A DNA stretch of 64,000 bases from Nanobdellota archaeon. GTDB taxonomy: Archaea; Nanobdellota; Nanobdellia; Pacearchaeales; GW2011-AR1. The notes beneath the pieces were generated by a model that was not told where the DNA came from, searched no databases, and worked only from the letters and a program-made list of their open reading frames with translations. The translations under genes and the position numbers were made by a program. The number at the start of each line of letters is the position of its first letter. Within the stretch, counting starts at the first letter, position 1. The DNA is taken from NCBI GenBank assembly GCA_038046245.1, contig JBBSWO010000001.1, positions 12,761 to 76,760 of the forward strand, written 5' to 3'. Shown piece after piece: positions 37,054 through 45,845 of the stretch.

Positions 37054-37225
37054 AGAGGTGTGCCTTTGCCAGGTCTTTAGACCTAAGGACAGGCTCCCAA
37101 CAGATGCTTCTAGAGGAGATTGCACTATTTGCTCCCCTGACCCAGAGAATAACAAAAATTGTTCGGGATACTATCCCATAAGATTAGTGACTGTAGAAAT
37201 TAATAAAGAATATGAACACACCTCT
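37054..37225. ncRNA. Candidate structured RNA of unknown class in the 327-nt gap upstream of tRNA-Glu
   Basis: Locally more GC-rich than its surroundings. A 9-nt terminal complementarity (agaggtgtg 37054..37062 with cacacctct 37217..37225) encloses hairpins aggtc-ttta-gacct and ggga-tacta-tccc. No coding signal that I trust. Confidence 0.2.
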
Positions 37226-37270
37226 TAGTTACCTTTAAAAAGCATTTTTCTTTTTGAGATGTGTACCTTT

Positions 37271-37343
37271 GCCCCGTTAGTTCAGTGGCCAAGAATGCGG
37301 CCCTTTCACGGCCGTGACCCGAGTTCGAATCTCGGACGGGGCG
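37271..37343 (+). tRNA. tRNA-Glu (anticodon UUC)
   Basis: Hand fold. Acceptor GCCCCGT/ACGGGGC. D arm GTTC-AGTGGCCAA-GAAT. Anticodon arm CGGCC-CTTTCAC-GGCCG. Variable TGAC. T arm CCGAG-TTCGAAT-CTCGG. Discriminator G. A TTTAAAAA box lies ~30-37 nt upstream. Confidence 0.9.
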
Positions 37344-37377
37344 TTAAACTTTAAAACATCAAAGCCTTCTATCTTTC

Positions 37378-37587
37378 ATGAAAAACGATGAATGTGTAAT
37401 CTACATGACTACTAATGGTGGCAGCACGCAGATTTACAAAAAAGACGCCAAAGGATGGACGCAAAAAAGCTCAAAAGGCACAATTCGAAGAATGACAGCG
37501 GAACAATTCTTGTCTCACCTTTTGCCGGCACTTACACCAAAATACAAAAATAAAGTTTGGATAAGAGTGGAAAGGAAAAAGAAGTGA
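37378..37587 (+). CDS. Hypothetical small basic protein (69 aa)
   Basis: ORF track. ATG start, no motif recognised. Confidence 0.4.
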   Translation: MKNDECVIYMTTNGGSTQIYKKDAKGWTQKSSKGTIRRMTAEQFLSHLLPALTPKYKNKVWIRVERKKK

Positions 37588-37590
37588 AAA

Positions 37591-38502
37591 CTAGCTTTTT
37601 AATAACTCTTCCTCAGAAATTTTATTTAGAACTTCACTTAAGATTAGGTATGTATGTAGTGCAATCATACTAGCATCATAATGAGATAAACGCTTATGAA
37701 CTCCATCCTGCGCCTCTTCAGTAGTTTCTTTAAAATATTTTTCCATAATTTCACATTCAGATTTCACAATATCCGATGCAGAATTTTTGTCCATAAAGCA
37801 TAATAAACGATTTCTGAAATTGTTCTCCTTTACTTCCCATTCTCTCCCATCTCTAGTTTTATATTTCTGTTCTTGAGCTGGAAATACTCTATCTGCTAAA
37901 GATTTTAAAATCTGACGGCATGAAAGCGCAACCTTAGGATAGTCTGTAGGATTATTACTTTTTAGATTAATATAAAGTGATTGCAATTCTTGATAGACAG
38001 TTAAATCAACAAAACCAAGTTTTTTGTCTACTTCATTTCGAATAGTCTCGAAAAAAGATTGAATATAGCCTCCATATTGCAGTTTTGAGATGCAATCATT
38101 TAAGAAAAAAAGACATTTATTTGAAACTCGGTCAATTATCCTTCTCCCATCTAACGCTCGTAAAGTAACATTTTCAGATTCATAAGTGATATTTTCGTCT
38201 TTAATAGCAAGATCATAAAGCAATTTTATTTCGAAAGGAATTTTACATTCTTTCAATTTACCAGTGGCTTTATCGGGACAAGAAAGAACCCTGTAGCCAG
38301 GTATTTTGTTTTTATCAAAAATTCCCTCCAACTCCTTCTTTATCCATTCAATATCACTTTCCTTTGATAAGTTTATAGCAACAACCAAACAATTTCTGAG
38401 AACAGAGATTATATCTTCTTTTCCATCAAGCAATTTTCTTCTAATCGTCAAAGCTATTTCTAATGCCTCATCTTGCGGAGACTCAAATTTGTCTTCAACC
38501 AT
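37591..38502 (-). CDS. AbiTii-like domain protein (possible abortive-infection/defence protein)
   Basis: The N-terminal ISVLRNCLVVAINLSKESDIEWIKKELEGIFDKNKIPGYRVL fits my recollection of the AbiTii signature (...lL.kalvLA..l....l..Wi..EL.GY.....iP.YR.v). The C-terminal helical region is unassigned. Confidence 0.4.
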   Translation of the reverse strand: MVEDKFESPQDEALEIALTIRRKLLDGKEDIISVLRNCLVVAINLSKESDIEWIKKELEGIFDKNKIPGYRVLSCPDKATGKLKECKIPFEIKLLYDLAIKDENITYESENVTLRALDGRRIIDRVSNKCLFFLNDCISKLQYGGYIQSFFETIRNEVDKKLGFVDLTVYQELQSLYINLKSNNPTDYPKVALSCRQILKSLADRVFPAQEQKYKTRDGREWEVKENNFRNRLLCFMDKNSASDIVKSECEIMEKYFKETTEEAQDGVHKRLSHYDASMIALHTYLILSEVLNKISEEELLKS

Positions 38503-38550
38503 AAAAAAAGATATATTGATAATTTATAATAATTTATGTGATAAAAAACC

Positions 38551-39927
38551 CTAAAATCTCTTCACAACATAAGCTCCTTCTAATTCATACCCAATCTTCC
38601 TGTAATATTCCCTCACTCCAACTCCAGAAATAACAGCCAGCCTTTTTATTCCGTTCTCTTTTGTTATTTTCTCAGCTTCTTCCATTAGCCACTTTCCCAA
38701 ACCCTGATGCTGTGAAGCTTCTCCAGATTTGTGGCCTATCATCAAAGCCTGCCCATAAACGTGCAATTCTCTTACAATTGCCTTCTTTGTTTTTCCTTCC
38801 TCAAAAATCCTCAACCTCAAAAGCCCAAACAAAATATTATCCTTATTAACAACCTGTAAGAAGAACTCTTTCCCATCTGAAGCTTCATACTCTTTTATCT
38901 TTAATTTTATCTTCTGATTAACATCAACATTAAATCCAACTTCTCTCATTCTTATTTCTTTAATCTTCTCACCAGTTTTTCTTAAATTATCTTCAACATC
39001 TTTTCTCAAGTCCAACTTCAAAGGCTCGAAAACCATTCTTTCTTTTGGAATCTCCCTCATGACCCTCATCACTCTGCAGTATTCAGGAATGATTTTCATC
39101 ATCTTGTTCAGTAAATCTCTAGTTTGCTCCTCTGAATAAGGCTCGTAACCAATTTCTTTGTAAGTTTTTTCCAATGGTGAATCCTGCACAATCTGGCAAG
39201 GATAGATTTTCAATTGATCTGGCCTGAATCTTTTGTCAGAAAAAACTTTTTTAAATAATTTCAAATCTTTTTCAGGATTGCTGTAAGGCAACCCCGGCAT
39301 GATGTGGTATCCAAGTTTAAACCCTGCATTTTTCAGATTCCTTGTCGCATCAATTACATCTTTTACAGTGTGGCCTCTATTTGTCTTTCTGTAGAGTTTA
39401 TCGTCTAAAATCTGGACACCAATCTCAACTCTCGTACAACCAAACTCCAGCATCCTTTTTATCTCTTCTTTTGAACAATTATCTGGCCTATTCTCAATGC
39501 ACATTGCAACACACCTGTGCTCAGCAGTCTCATTCCATTTTTTCGCCTCTTCCAAATCTTTTGCAACTCTTCCATTCATAGCATCAAAACTTCTTTTTAT
39601 CACATCGTACTGATATTCAAGAGGATATTGTAAGAAAGTTCCTCCAAGAATTATTAACTCAATTTTATCGGTCGGATGCCCCATTCTTTCCAGATTCTCA
39701 AGTCTCTTCTTGGTCTGTTCATAAGGATCATAATTCAACGCCATTGCCCTCATTATTGCCGGACTTTTGTCCGTATAGCTTTGGGGTGTGTAATCTCCGC
39801 CAGGACAATAAATGCAAGTTCCATGATTGCACTTTCTAGGTTTAAGAACAACGGTTAATGGAGTGACTCCTGAGATAGTTCTTACTGGTTTCTTGGGGTT
39901 TTCCTTAGAATAAATTTTATCGTGCAT
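38551..39927 (-). CDS. elp3: Elp3-family radical-SAM/GNAT tRNA U34 carboxymethyl-modification enzyme
   Basis: Radical SAM cluster CNHGTCIYCPGG, the core IENRPD...VEIGVQ, and a C-terminal GNAT (QHQGLGKWLMEEAEKI). Confidence 0.85.
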   Translation of the reverse strand: MHDKIYSKENPKKPVRTISGVTPLTVVLKPRKCNHGTCIYCPGGDYTPQSYTDKSPAIMRAMALNYDPYEQTKKRLENLERMGHPTDKIELIILGGTFLQYPLEYQYDVIKRSFDAMNGRVAKDLEEAKKWNETAEHRCVAMCIENRPDNCSKEEIKRMLEFGCTRVEIGVQILDDKLYRKTNRGHTVKDVIDATRNLKNAGFKLGYHIMPGLPYSNPEKDLKLFKKVFSDKRFRPDQLKIYPCQIVQDSPLEKTYKEIGYEPYSEEQTRDLLNKMMKIIPEYCRVMRVMREIPKERMVFEPLKLDLRKDVEDNLRKTGEKIKEIRMREVGFNVDVNQKIKLKIKEYEASDGKEFFLQVVNKDNILFGLLRLRIFEEGKTKKAIVRELHVYGQALMIGHKSGEASQHQGLGKWLMEEAEKITKENGIKRLAVISGVGVREYYRKIGYELEGAYVVKRF

Positions 39928-39976
39928 AAAACTTGAAATTATTTACATTTTTAAATCTTGATTATTTACTTGTTAA

Positions 39977-40612
39977 ATGAAAATACCCAACACAGAAAAG
40001 GTTTGGAATAAAGTTGCTTCTCCTTGGAAAGAGGTTAGAAAAAAACCAGTCGAAGAGGTTATTAATTTTCTAAAAACAAAGAAAGGAAAAATACTCGATC
40101 TTGGATGTGGGAGTGGGAGAAACTTCACAAAAGTAGATGGAGTAATTTACGGAGTTGATTTCTCTGAGAACATGTTGAAGTATGCAAAATCTTTAGCCAA
40201 AGAAAGAGATGTTAAAGTCAAATTAACAAAATCCAGAGCTGAAAACCTTCCATTTAAAGATAACTTTTTTGACGCAGCAATATTTGTCGCTACACTCCAT
40301 TGCATTCCAAAAGAAAAGGAAAGAAAAAAAGCATTGCAGGAATTGTATAGAGTTTTAAAAAAAGGAAAAGAGGCAATAATAACTGTCTGGGACAAAAATC
40401 AAGAAAAATTTAAGAACGCAGAAAAAGAGGTTTTACTGTCCTGGAAACAAGAGGGAAAAGAATACAGAAGATATTATTACCTTTATGAAAAAGATGAAAT
40501 TGAAAAATTAGTTAAAAGTGTTGGCTTTAAAATAAAAAAAGTCATTGATTGGGAAAACCCAGAGTTCTTTTATTCAAAGAAAAACATAATTCTTGTTGTG
40601 GAAAAACCCTAA
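39977..40612 (+). CDS. Trm9/ALKBH8-type SAM-dependent methyltransferase (putative tRNA cm5U34 methyl esterase-forming enzyme)
   Basis: VWNKVASPWKEVRKKPVEEVINFL resembles yeast Trm9 VYNEIAPHFSQTRYKPWPIVTEFL. Motif I ILDLGCGSGRN. LPFKDNFFDAAIFVATLHCIP..ERKKALQELYRVLKKGKEAIITVWDKNQE parallels Trm9 LPHKNETFDFAISIAVVHH...ERR...L..GGQALIYCWALEQ. Confidence 0.6.
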   Translation: MKIPNTEKVWNKVASPWKEVRKKPVEEVINFLKTKKGKILDLGCGSGRNFTKVDGVIYGVDFSENMLKYAKSLAKERDVKVKLTKSRAENLPFKDNFFDAAIFVATLHCIPKEKERKKALQELYRVLKKGKEAIITVWDKNQEKFKNAEKEVLLSWKQEGKEYRRYYYLYEKDEIEKLVKSVGFKIKKVIDWENPEFFYSKKNIILVVEKP

Positions 40613-41341
40613 TCACTTCGTCGCAACCATAGCGGCAAAGGGTGGTCCTTCAAAAAATTCTTCCCAGTAACTTTTAGACCTTTTAACAGCATTAGAAGAT
40701 TCATCACGCAAAACATCTCTCCAGCTAAATCTGGAAAACCCAGCTTCTCTGAATGCTCTTTCATAAGTCTTATGAGACAAAAAATAATTTGTTATTGGAT
40801 CAGTTAACCCTTGAACTCTGTATATAACTTCTCCACCTTCTTTATCGCCATGCATTTCTTTTTCAAAGCCGTATAATTTGTATTTTGTTCCATCAAAAAT
40901 ATCAAACGGGCTATTATTAAATCCGACAAACATTCCTCCTTTTTTTAAATGAGAAGCTATTGCTCTACAATAGGTCACAGCTTCTTCTAAATTTTTTGGA
41001 TAACTGAGAATATAAGCCCCAATAGCAATGTCTCTATCTTGATTCCCGAAAAAATTCTGCATAAATGCCAGATGATAATCAATTTTTCCCTCATATCCTT
41101 TATTTTTACCTATGGCTAAGTCAATAAAATCACGAAAAGCATCAACTCCAAGAACATGGCTTGCTCCCCTATCAACTGACACTCGAGCATAAATCCCGTC
41201 TCCGCATCCAGCATCTAAAATTCTTTTTCCAGCAAGATTCCCAGCCAAAGTGAAGATAGTATGTCTCTCCACATCCAATCTGAAAGGAAGTTGCTTTGTT
41301 TCGGCATATTCCGGTGCGCTATATTTAACTTCTTCGCCCAT
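40613..41341 (-). CDS. Class I SAM-dependent methyltransferase
   Basis: Motif I ILDAGCGDGIYA. Motif post-I GVDAF. Confidence 0.7.
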   Translation of the reverse strand: MGEEVKYSAPEYAETKQLPFRLDVERHTIFTLAGNLAGKRILDAGCGDGIYARVSVDRGASHVLGVDAFRDFIDLAIGKNKGYEGKIDYHLAFMQNFFGNQDRDIAIGAYILSYPKNLEEAVTYCRAIASHLKKGGMFVGFNNSPFDIFDGTKYKLYGFEKEMHGDKEGGEVIYRVQGLTDPITNYFLSHKTYERAFREAGFSRFSWRDVLRDESSNAVKRSKSYWEEFFEGPPFAAMVATK

Positions 41342-41395
41342 TCGAAAAGATAACTACATTTATTTTTAAAGATTTAGATAAAATATTAACAACAG

Positions 41396-41896
41396 TCACT
41401 TCTGCTTTATTATCTTAAACATATCAAAGAAACTTTTTTTCTCAAAACTGCTTATTTCTTTTTTCTTGACATCAATAATAATTTTTAATAAAGCCATTTT
41501 GGAAATGAATACGGTCCCGATTAAAGCAAGTTTCCCTTCAGACTTTTGCAAGGAAAAGAGTAGTTTTTGAAGATTATTTTTTATTTTTTCTTTCTCCATC
41601 CTGTCTAAAACCATATCTTCCACAGTCTGAAAATCCAGATCAATGTTAAAATCTATTTTGTCTGGAACGTTAGTTTCATTCCTTTCAGTCTCAACAAGCT
41701 TCATATTATCTTCTCCATAAAAGCTAAAAATTTTCTTTGTTTCCGGAACATAAAAATCAAAATGCTGTTTGAAATCTTTTCCTTCTTTATCAATCACAAA
41801 AAAACCTGAACAAAAAAATGCTTTGGGATTCTCTTTCATGAATTTCTTATATTCTTCAGATTCTTTTAATTTCTCAACATAAAACTGCATGTTCAT
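41396..41896 (-). CDS. Hypothetical protein (166 aa)
   Basis: ORF track only. Confidence 0.5.
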   Translation of the reverse strand: MNMQFYVEKLKESEEYKKFMKENPKAFFCSGFFVIDKEGKDFKQHFDFYVPETKKIFSFYGEDNMKLVETERNETNVPDKIDFNIDLDFQTVEDMVLDRMEKEKIKNNLQKLLFSLQKSEGKLALIGTVFISKMALLKIIIDVKKKEISSFEKKSFFDMFKIIKQK

Positions 41897-41933
41897 AAAA
41901 TCTTATAGAAATAACACTTTAAAAAATTTGGGG

Positions 41934-42950
41934 TTAATGCCCTGTGTTTGCAATCCTAACACTATCAACCCAAGCTGAATCAACTTTAGAGATAAAATAT
42001 TCATTTCCCTCATTCCAGCGTTTGTAAATGCCAGTATTCAAATTATGTTCAAAAATAGAAAATGCAATTTCTTTTATGTTTTTTTCAATATCACCAATAG
42101 CCATATTTCCACGACTTATTTCCCCAGAAAGAGAGTCAACCTTACCGCTCAAACCCAACTCTGTAGTTGTTTTCATTAATTTTCTCAATTCTTTTTTAGT
42201 AAGAACATTTCCCTTTGCTAATGAAGGCAAAGATCCAGAACTCTTCCAAAATTCATTAAACCATCCTTTTTTATACCCTAGTTTTTGGTGCAAAGCGTCC
42301 CTTAATACATTGTAATTGCCAACTACTCCATTATAAAATCCAGCTCGAATAGAATCAAGATTCCCACTAACAACATCTCCAATATATTTGACTTCCTTTG
42401 AAATATTTACTAACCTGCTTTCTGTATTGTCAATCCTGGCAGAATCTTTTGCAATTGATGTTGAGTCTGTCTTATGCAACGCTAAATACTGTTCTTTATT
42501 CAAATCATCGTTTTCTCTATTGGCTGCCAATGAATCTTCCAAAGCAGAGCGTCTTGATTTTTCTGAAGATAATTCAGAATATAATTTTGATATTGCATTT
42601 GTCTGAGCTTCATTAACAGAATCACTATACAATTTGAAAGAGTCAAAATTACTTGAAAGTTTGGCGTAGCTAGAATCTAAAACACTATCTCTTGCTCTAT
42701 CAGCTTGATCTTCTTGGACTAAAGGTTCAATTTTTTTGTCTTGTCGATTAGCTAAATAATTTCCGCCAATAACTCCAGCCAAACCAAGCACAGCAACACT
42801 AGCTACAACAGTTGTCCAAAATTTCCCTTTAGAAATATATCTTTTGTCAAATCTAGTAACGTATTCTCTTTCAGGATCATGAGGAGGACTGGAAAAACGC
42901 CCAACACTACCTTCCTCTCGATGATCATTGCCCATACTAAAAAATAACAT
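41934..42950 (-). CDS. Hypothetical membrane-anchored coiled-coil protein
   Basis: Single TM (FWTTVVASVAVLGLAGVIGG) followed by a long helical, Ser/Asn/Asp-rich region. Confidence 0.55.
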   Translation of the reverse strand: MLFFSMGNDHREEGSVGRFSSPPHDPEREYVTRFDKRYISKGKFWTTVVASVAVLGLAGVIGGNYLANRQDKKIEPLVQEDQADRARDSVLDSSYAKLSSNFDSFKLYSDSVNEAQTNAISKLYSELSSEKSRRSALEDSLAANRENDDLNKEQYLALHKTDSTSIAKDSARIDNTESRLVNISKEVKYIGDVVSGNLDSIRAGFYNGVVGNYNVLRDALHQKLGYKKGWFNEFWKSSGSLPSLAKGNVLTKKELRKLMKTTTELGLSGKVDSLSGEISRGNMAIGDIEKNIKEIAFSIFEHNLNTGIYKRWNEGNEYFISKVDSAWVDSVRIANTGH

Positions 42951-42983
42951 CCATTCTTTTTAAGCATTTATGTATAGAAATAA

Positions 42984-44711
42984 TTATTTTCTTTCGCTTA
43001 TCTCTTTCTTCAATTTTTCAATAAAAACATCAACTTTCATACTCTCGACTTTTCCGCCTTTTGTCCTCACAGCGACCGTTTTTTCTTTCTCTTCTTTGTC
43101 TCCAACAACTATCACATAAGGTATTCTCATAATCTCCGCGTCTCTTACTTTGCCTGGAACAGGATTTTGTCTAAAATCAGCATCAAGTCTGATGTTGGGA
43201 ATTTCCTCTCCAATCTTTTTAACTATTTTTTGTGCATAATTCATATTCCTGTCCGTGAAGCTTATGATTCTTGTCTGTATCGGTGCAAGCCATGTTGGAA
43301 GTCTTCCGTTAGTGTGTTCCAAAAGTATTCCAATAAATCTCTCAACGCTCCCGTAGATAACTCTATGGAGCATCACAGGCCTTTTTCTTGAATTGTCTTT
43401 GTCAACATATTCAAGCTGGAATCTCTCAGGAAACGAAAAATCCAGCTGAATTGTCGAGCACTGCCAGGTTCTTCCAAGAGAATCTTTTATATGAACGTCA
43501 ATTTTTGGCCCGTAAAATGCCCCGTCACCTTTATTCAATTTGAATTTTATTTTCTTTCTCTTCAAAGCACTTTCCAAAACGCTCTCGGCCTTATCCCAAA
43601 TATCGTCGCTGCCTATCCTTTTTTCAGGTCTTGTAGACAATTCGTAATGATCTACGCCGATGTTGAACTTTTCATAAACTAAGTTTATCAAATCGATTAA
43701 TTTTACAACCTCATCTTCAAGCTGCTCTTCTGTGCAGAATATATGTGCGTCATCTTGTGTAAACTCAACAACTCTCAATAATCCCGCCAAGACTCCAGAA
43801 AGCTCTTGTCTGTGAACGACTCCAAACTCTCCCATCCTCAAAGGTAATTCTTTGTAACTTTTAGGCGAAGTTCTGTAAACTAAAACTCCCCCAGGACAGT
43901 TCATAGGCTTTACCAAAAAATCCCTGTTCTCATATTTTGTGACAAAATTATTTTCCTTATACTTATCCCAATGTCCTGAAACCTGCCACAACTTTTTGTC
44001 CATTATCTGAGGAGTAGAAATTTCCTTGTACTCATGCTTCATCATAACTTCCCTCATAAAGTTAATAAGTTCATTTTTTATTACCAAACCATTGTGATGC
44101 CAAAAAGGCATTCCTGGAGCAACATCGCTGAATGAAAAAAGATCCATCTGTCCGCCAACAATTCTATGATCATTATCTTTAAGTTTTGAAGTATCGAGTT
44201 TTGCCTTGGTTATCTCTCTCAAAAGCTGGTTAGTATCAATGACTTTTTCTTTTTCTAGAGTAGCATGAACAATGGGGGCTTTACTTGCAGAAACAGAACT
44301 TCCAATCTGTCTGCTCAACTCAGACAAAGGATGTCCTTTGACTTTAAGTTCAAATTCCTTGTAATACCCAAAAGGAGCCCTTGAGACTTTGAATTCTTTA
44401 GATAAAACTTTTTCAGCTTCAATCAAAACGTTAACTGCTGTCTCAGGATCAGAGAGTTCTCTGGACAAATGAGCATAGGGATACAAAACAATATTCTTAG
44501 CCTTGACACTTCCAGCAACCTCTTTAATATTCTTTACAAGTTCAGGCACGATGTTAACACCATCTCCTTTCTCGACAGCACTAAGAACAACAAGACACTC
44601 TTTGACTTCATGTTCTTTCTTGTCTTTCTCGGAAAGCTCTTCAACACTTTTCAAGGCTTTTTTCAACGCCTTGAATCTTATATAATCGCAATGCAATAAT
44701 AGGATTTTCAT
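42984..44711 (-). CDS. thrS: Threonine--tRNA ligase, archaeal type with N-terminal DTD-like editing domain
   Basis: The N-terminus MKILLLHCDYIRFKA...VLYPYAHLS...APFGYYKEFELKVKGHPLSELSR closely parallels Pyrococcus-type ThrRS editing domains. Class II core and anticodon-binding domain follow. Confidence 0.9.
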   Translation of the reverse strand: MKILLLHCDYIRFKALKKALKSVEELSEKDKKEHEVKECLVVLSAVEKGDGVNIVPELVKNIKEVAGSVKAKNIVLYPYAHLSRELSDPETAVNVLIEAEKVLSKEFKVSRAPFGYYKEFELKVKGHPLSELSRQIGSSVSASKAPIVHATLEKEKVIDTNQLLREITKAKLDTSKLKDNDHRIVGGQMDLFSFSDVAPGMPFWHHNGLVIKNELINFMREVMMKHEYKEISTPQIMDKKLWQVSGHWDKYKENNFVTKYENRDFLVKPMNCPGGVLVYRTSPKSYKELPLRMGEFGVVHRQELSGVLAGLLRVVEFTQDDAHIFCTEEQLEDEVVKLIDLINLVYEKFNIGVDHYELSTRPEKRIGSDDIWDKAESVLESALKRKKIKFKLNKGDGAFYGPKIDVHIKDSLGRTWQCSTIQLDFSFPERFQLEYVDKDNSRKRPVMLHRVIYGSVERFIGILLEHTNGRLPTWLAPIQTRIISFTDRNMNYAQKIVKKIGEEIPNIRLDADFRQNPVPGKVRDAEIMRIPYVIVVGDKEEKEKTVAVRTKGGKVESMKVDVFIEKLKKEISERK

Positions 44712-44850
44712 AAAAAGAGTAGTTAAGAGGATTTTATAAATTTAATCAATGTTTTCCATTCAATTTTCTTTGAATTTATAGAAATGTTTATAAACGCTCT
44801 CCTATTGTCAAACTAATTTTTAAGTTTAAAATAAAAATTACAAACAAAAA

Positions 44851-45483
44851 ATGAAAAATTTAGCATCAAAACTGGCAATAATTGGAACAGCTTTGGGAGT
44901 TGGAACTCTCTACAATGGTTCAACAAAAGCTCCTGAAATCTCTGCAAATCAAACACCCTCTCATCAAAACCAGAACACTCATAGTTCTTACTCTGGAGAC
45001 TTTTGCGAATACAATTCAGATTTAATAAGATTAAGAGACAAATTTGTATATGAGCCTGGGAAAAAACAGGTAAACTTAACAGATGAAATAGATTTGTTAG
45101 CAACATTAGCATTTGAAGAAGCAAAAGACTGTCCACGAGAAGAAAAAGCGGCTGTAATGTACACTGCAATAAATAGGCTCAAAGAGGGTAGGGGAAAAAG
45201 TTTGCTTTATGTTATCTTAGAAGGGAATCAATATTCTTGTTTTAACAGCTATGATCCAAGAAAAGGTAAAAGAGTAGATGTTGACAAAAACCATGTTGGA
45301 GAATGGAATGAATGTGTTGAAGTGGCTTATGAAATCTTAAATGGAAGATATTCTGACCCAACAAATGGTGCAACAAATTATTTTAATCCTAAAAAGGTAA
45401 ATCCAGAGTGGCAGACAGAGCTAAAAAAAGTCCAAATGCGTAAAGGCACTGTACACGAATTCTACAAAAACCCAACAGCTTAA
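44851..45483 (+). CDS. Secreted SleB-like cell-wall (peptidoglycan) hydrolase domain protein
   Basis: Signal/anchor (LAIIGTALGVGTL). LATLAFEEAKDCPREEKAAVMYTAINRL ... QYSCFN ... DPTNGATNYFNP matches the Hydrolase_2/SleB pattern (ArtiygEArgE...avA.VilNR...qfs...gAt.y.np). Confidence 0.6.
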   Translation: MKNLASKLAIIGTALGVGTLYNGSTKAPEISANQTPSHQNQNTHSSYSGDFCEYNSDLIRLRDKFVYEPGKKQVNLTDEIDLLATLAFEEAKDCPREEKAAVMYTAINRLKEGRGKSLLYVILEGNQYSCFNSYDPRKGKRVDVDKNHVGEWNECVEVAYEILNGRYSDPTNGATNYFNPKKVNPEWQTELKKVQMRKGTVHEFYKNPTA

Positions 45484-45815
45484 TTTAAATCGCTCGCAGA
45501 GGATTGTGCTGACGAAAAAGCACTCTTAAAACAATTTCTCGCATTTGTCCAACAGTCTCCTGAAGCACGCCTACATTCATCTACTTGGGACTGCGGACAA
45601 TCATATCTATTCCCACTATTATCATAACATTCGTTGCAATGATCATCTGCGTCAAAACAAAATTCCCTATATGCCATACAGGCTTCGAAAGTAAAATAAT
45701 TTCCAGAGATTTTTGGCTCCCATATAAATGTGATAACCCAAAGAATTGCTGCAAGAATAATTATTGCAGCAGCAATCTTGTAAACAAGATTCCAATCAAA
45801 CCCTCTTTTCACCAT
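45480..45815 (-). CDS. Small membrane-anchored Cys-rich protein (111 aa)
   Basis: N-terminal TM, then 10 Cys in about 60 residues (CMAYREFCFDADDHCNECYD...CPQSQVDECRRASGDCWTNARNC). Confidence 0.5.
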   Translation of the reverse strand: MVKRGFDWNLVYKIAAAIIILAAILWVITFIWEPKISGNYFTFEACMAYREFCFDADDHCNECYDNSGNRYDCPQSQVDECRRASGDCWTNARNCFKSAFSSAQSSASDLN

Positions 45816-45845
45816 TTTAACATTATGTTTTTTTAGTATTTAAAT

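Noticed and set aside
37054-37225. Whether the structured segment is SRP (7S) RNA or RNase P RNA.
   Set aside because: I could not find the SRP helix-8 GNAR tetraloop with its AGCA/GGAA context. I also found no RNase P CR-I/CR-V motifs (GAGGAAAGUCC, ACAGAAA). At ~172 nt it is too short for either archaeal RNA. No RUGAUGA/CUGA C/D boxes either.
36974-37228. 84-aa ORF upstream of tRNA-Glu.
   Set aside because: It has a TTG start and no SD-like element, and its composition is atypical (Cys/Pro/Arg-rich) for this proteome. It coincides with the locally GC-rich, hairpin-rich segment, so a structured RNA or nothing seems more likely. Kept only as a low-confidence ncRNA candidate.
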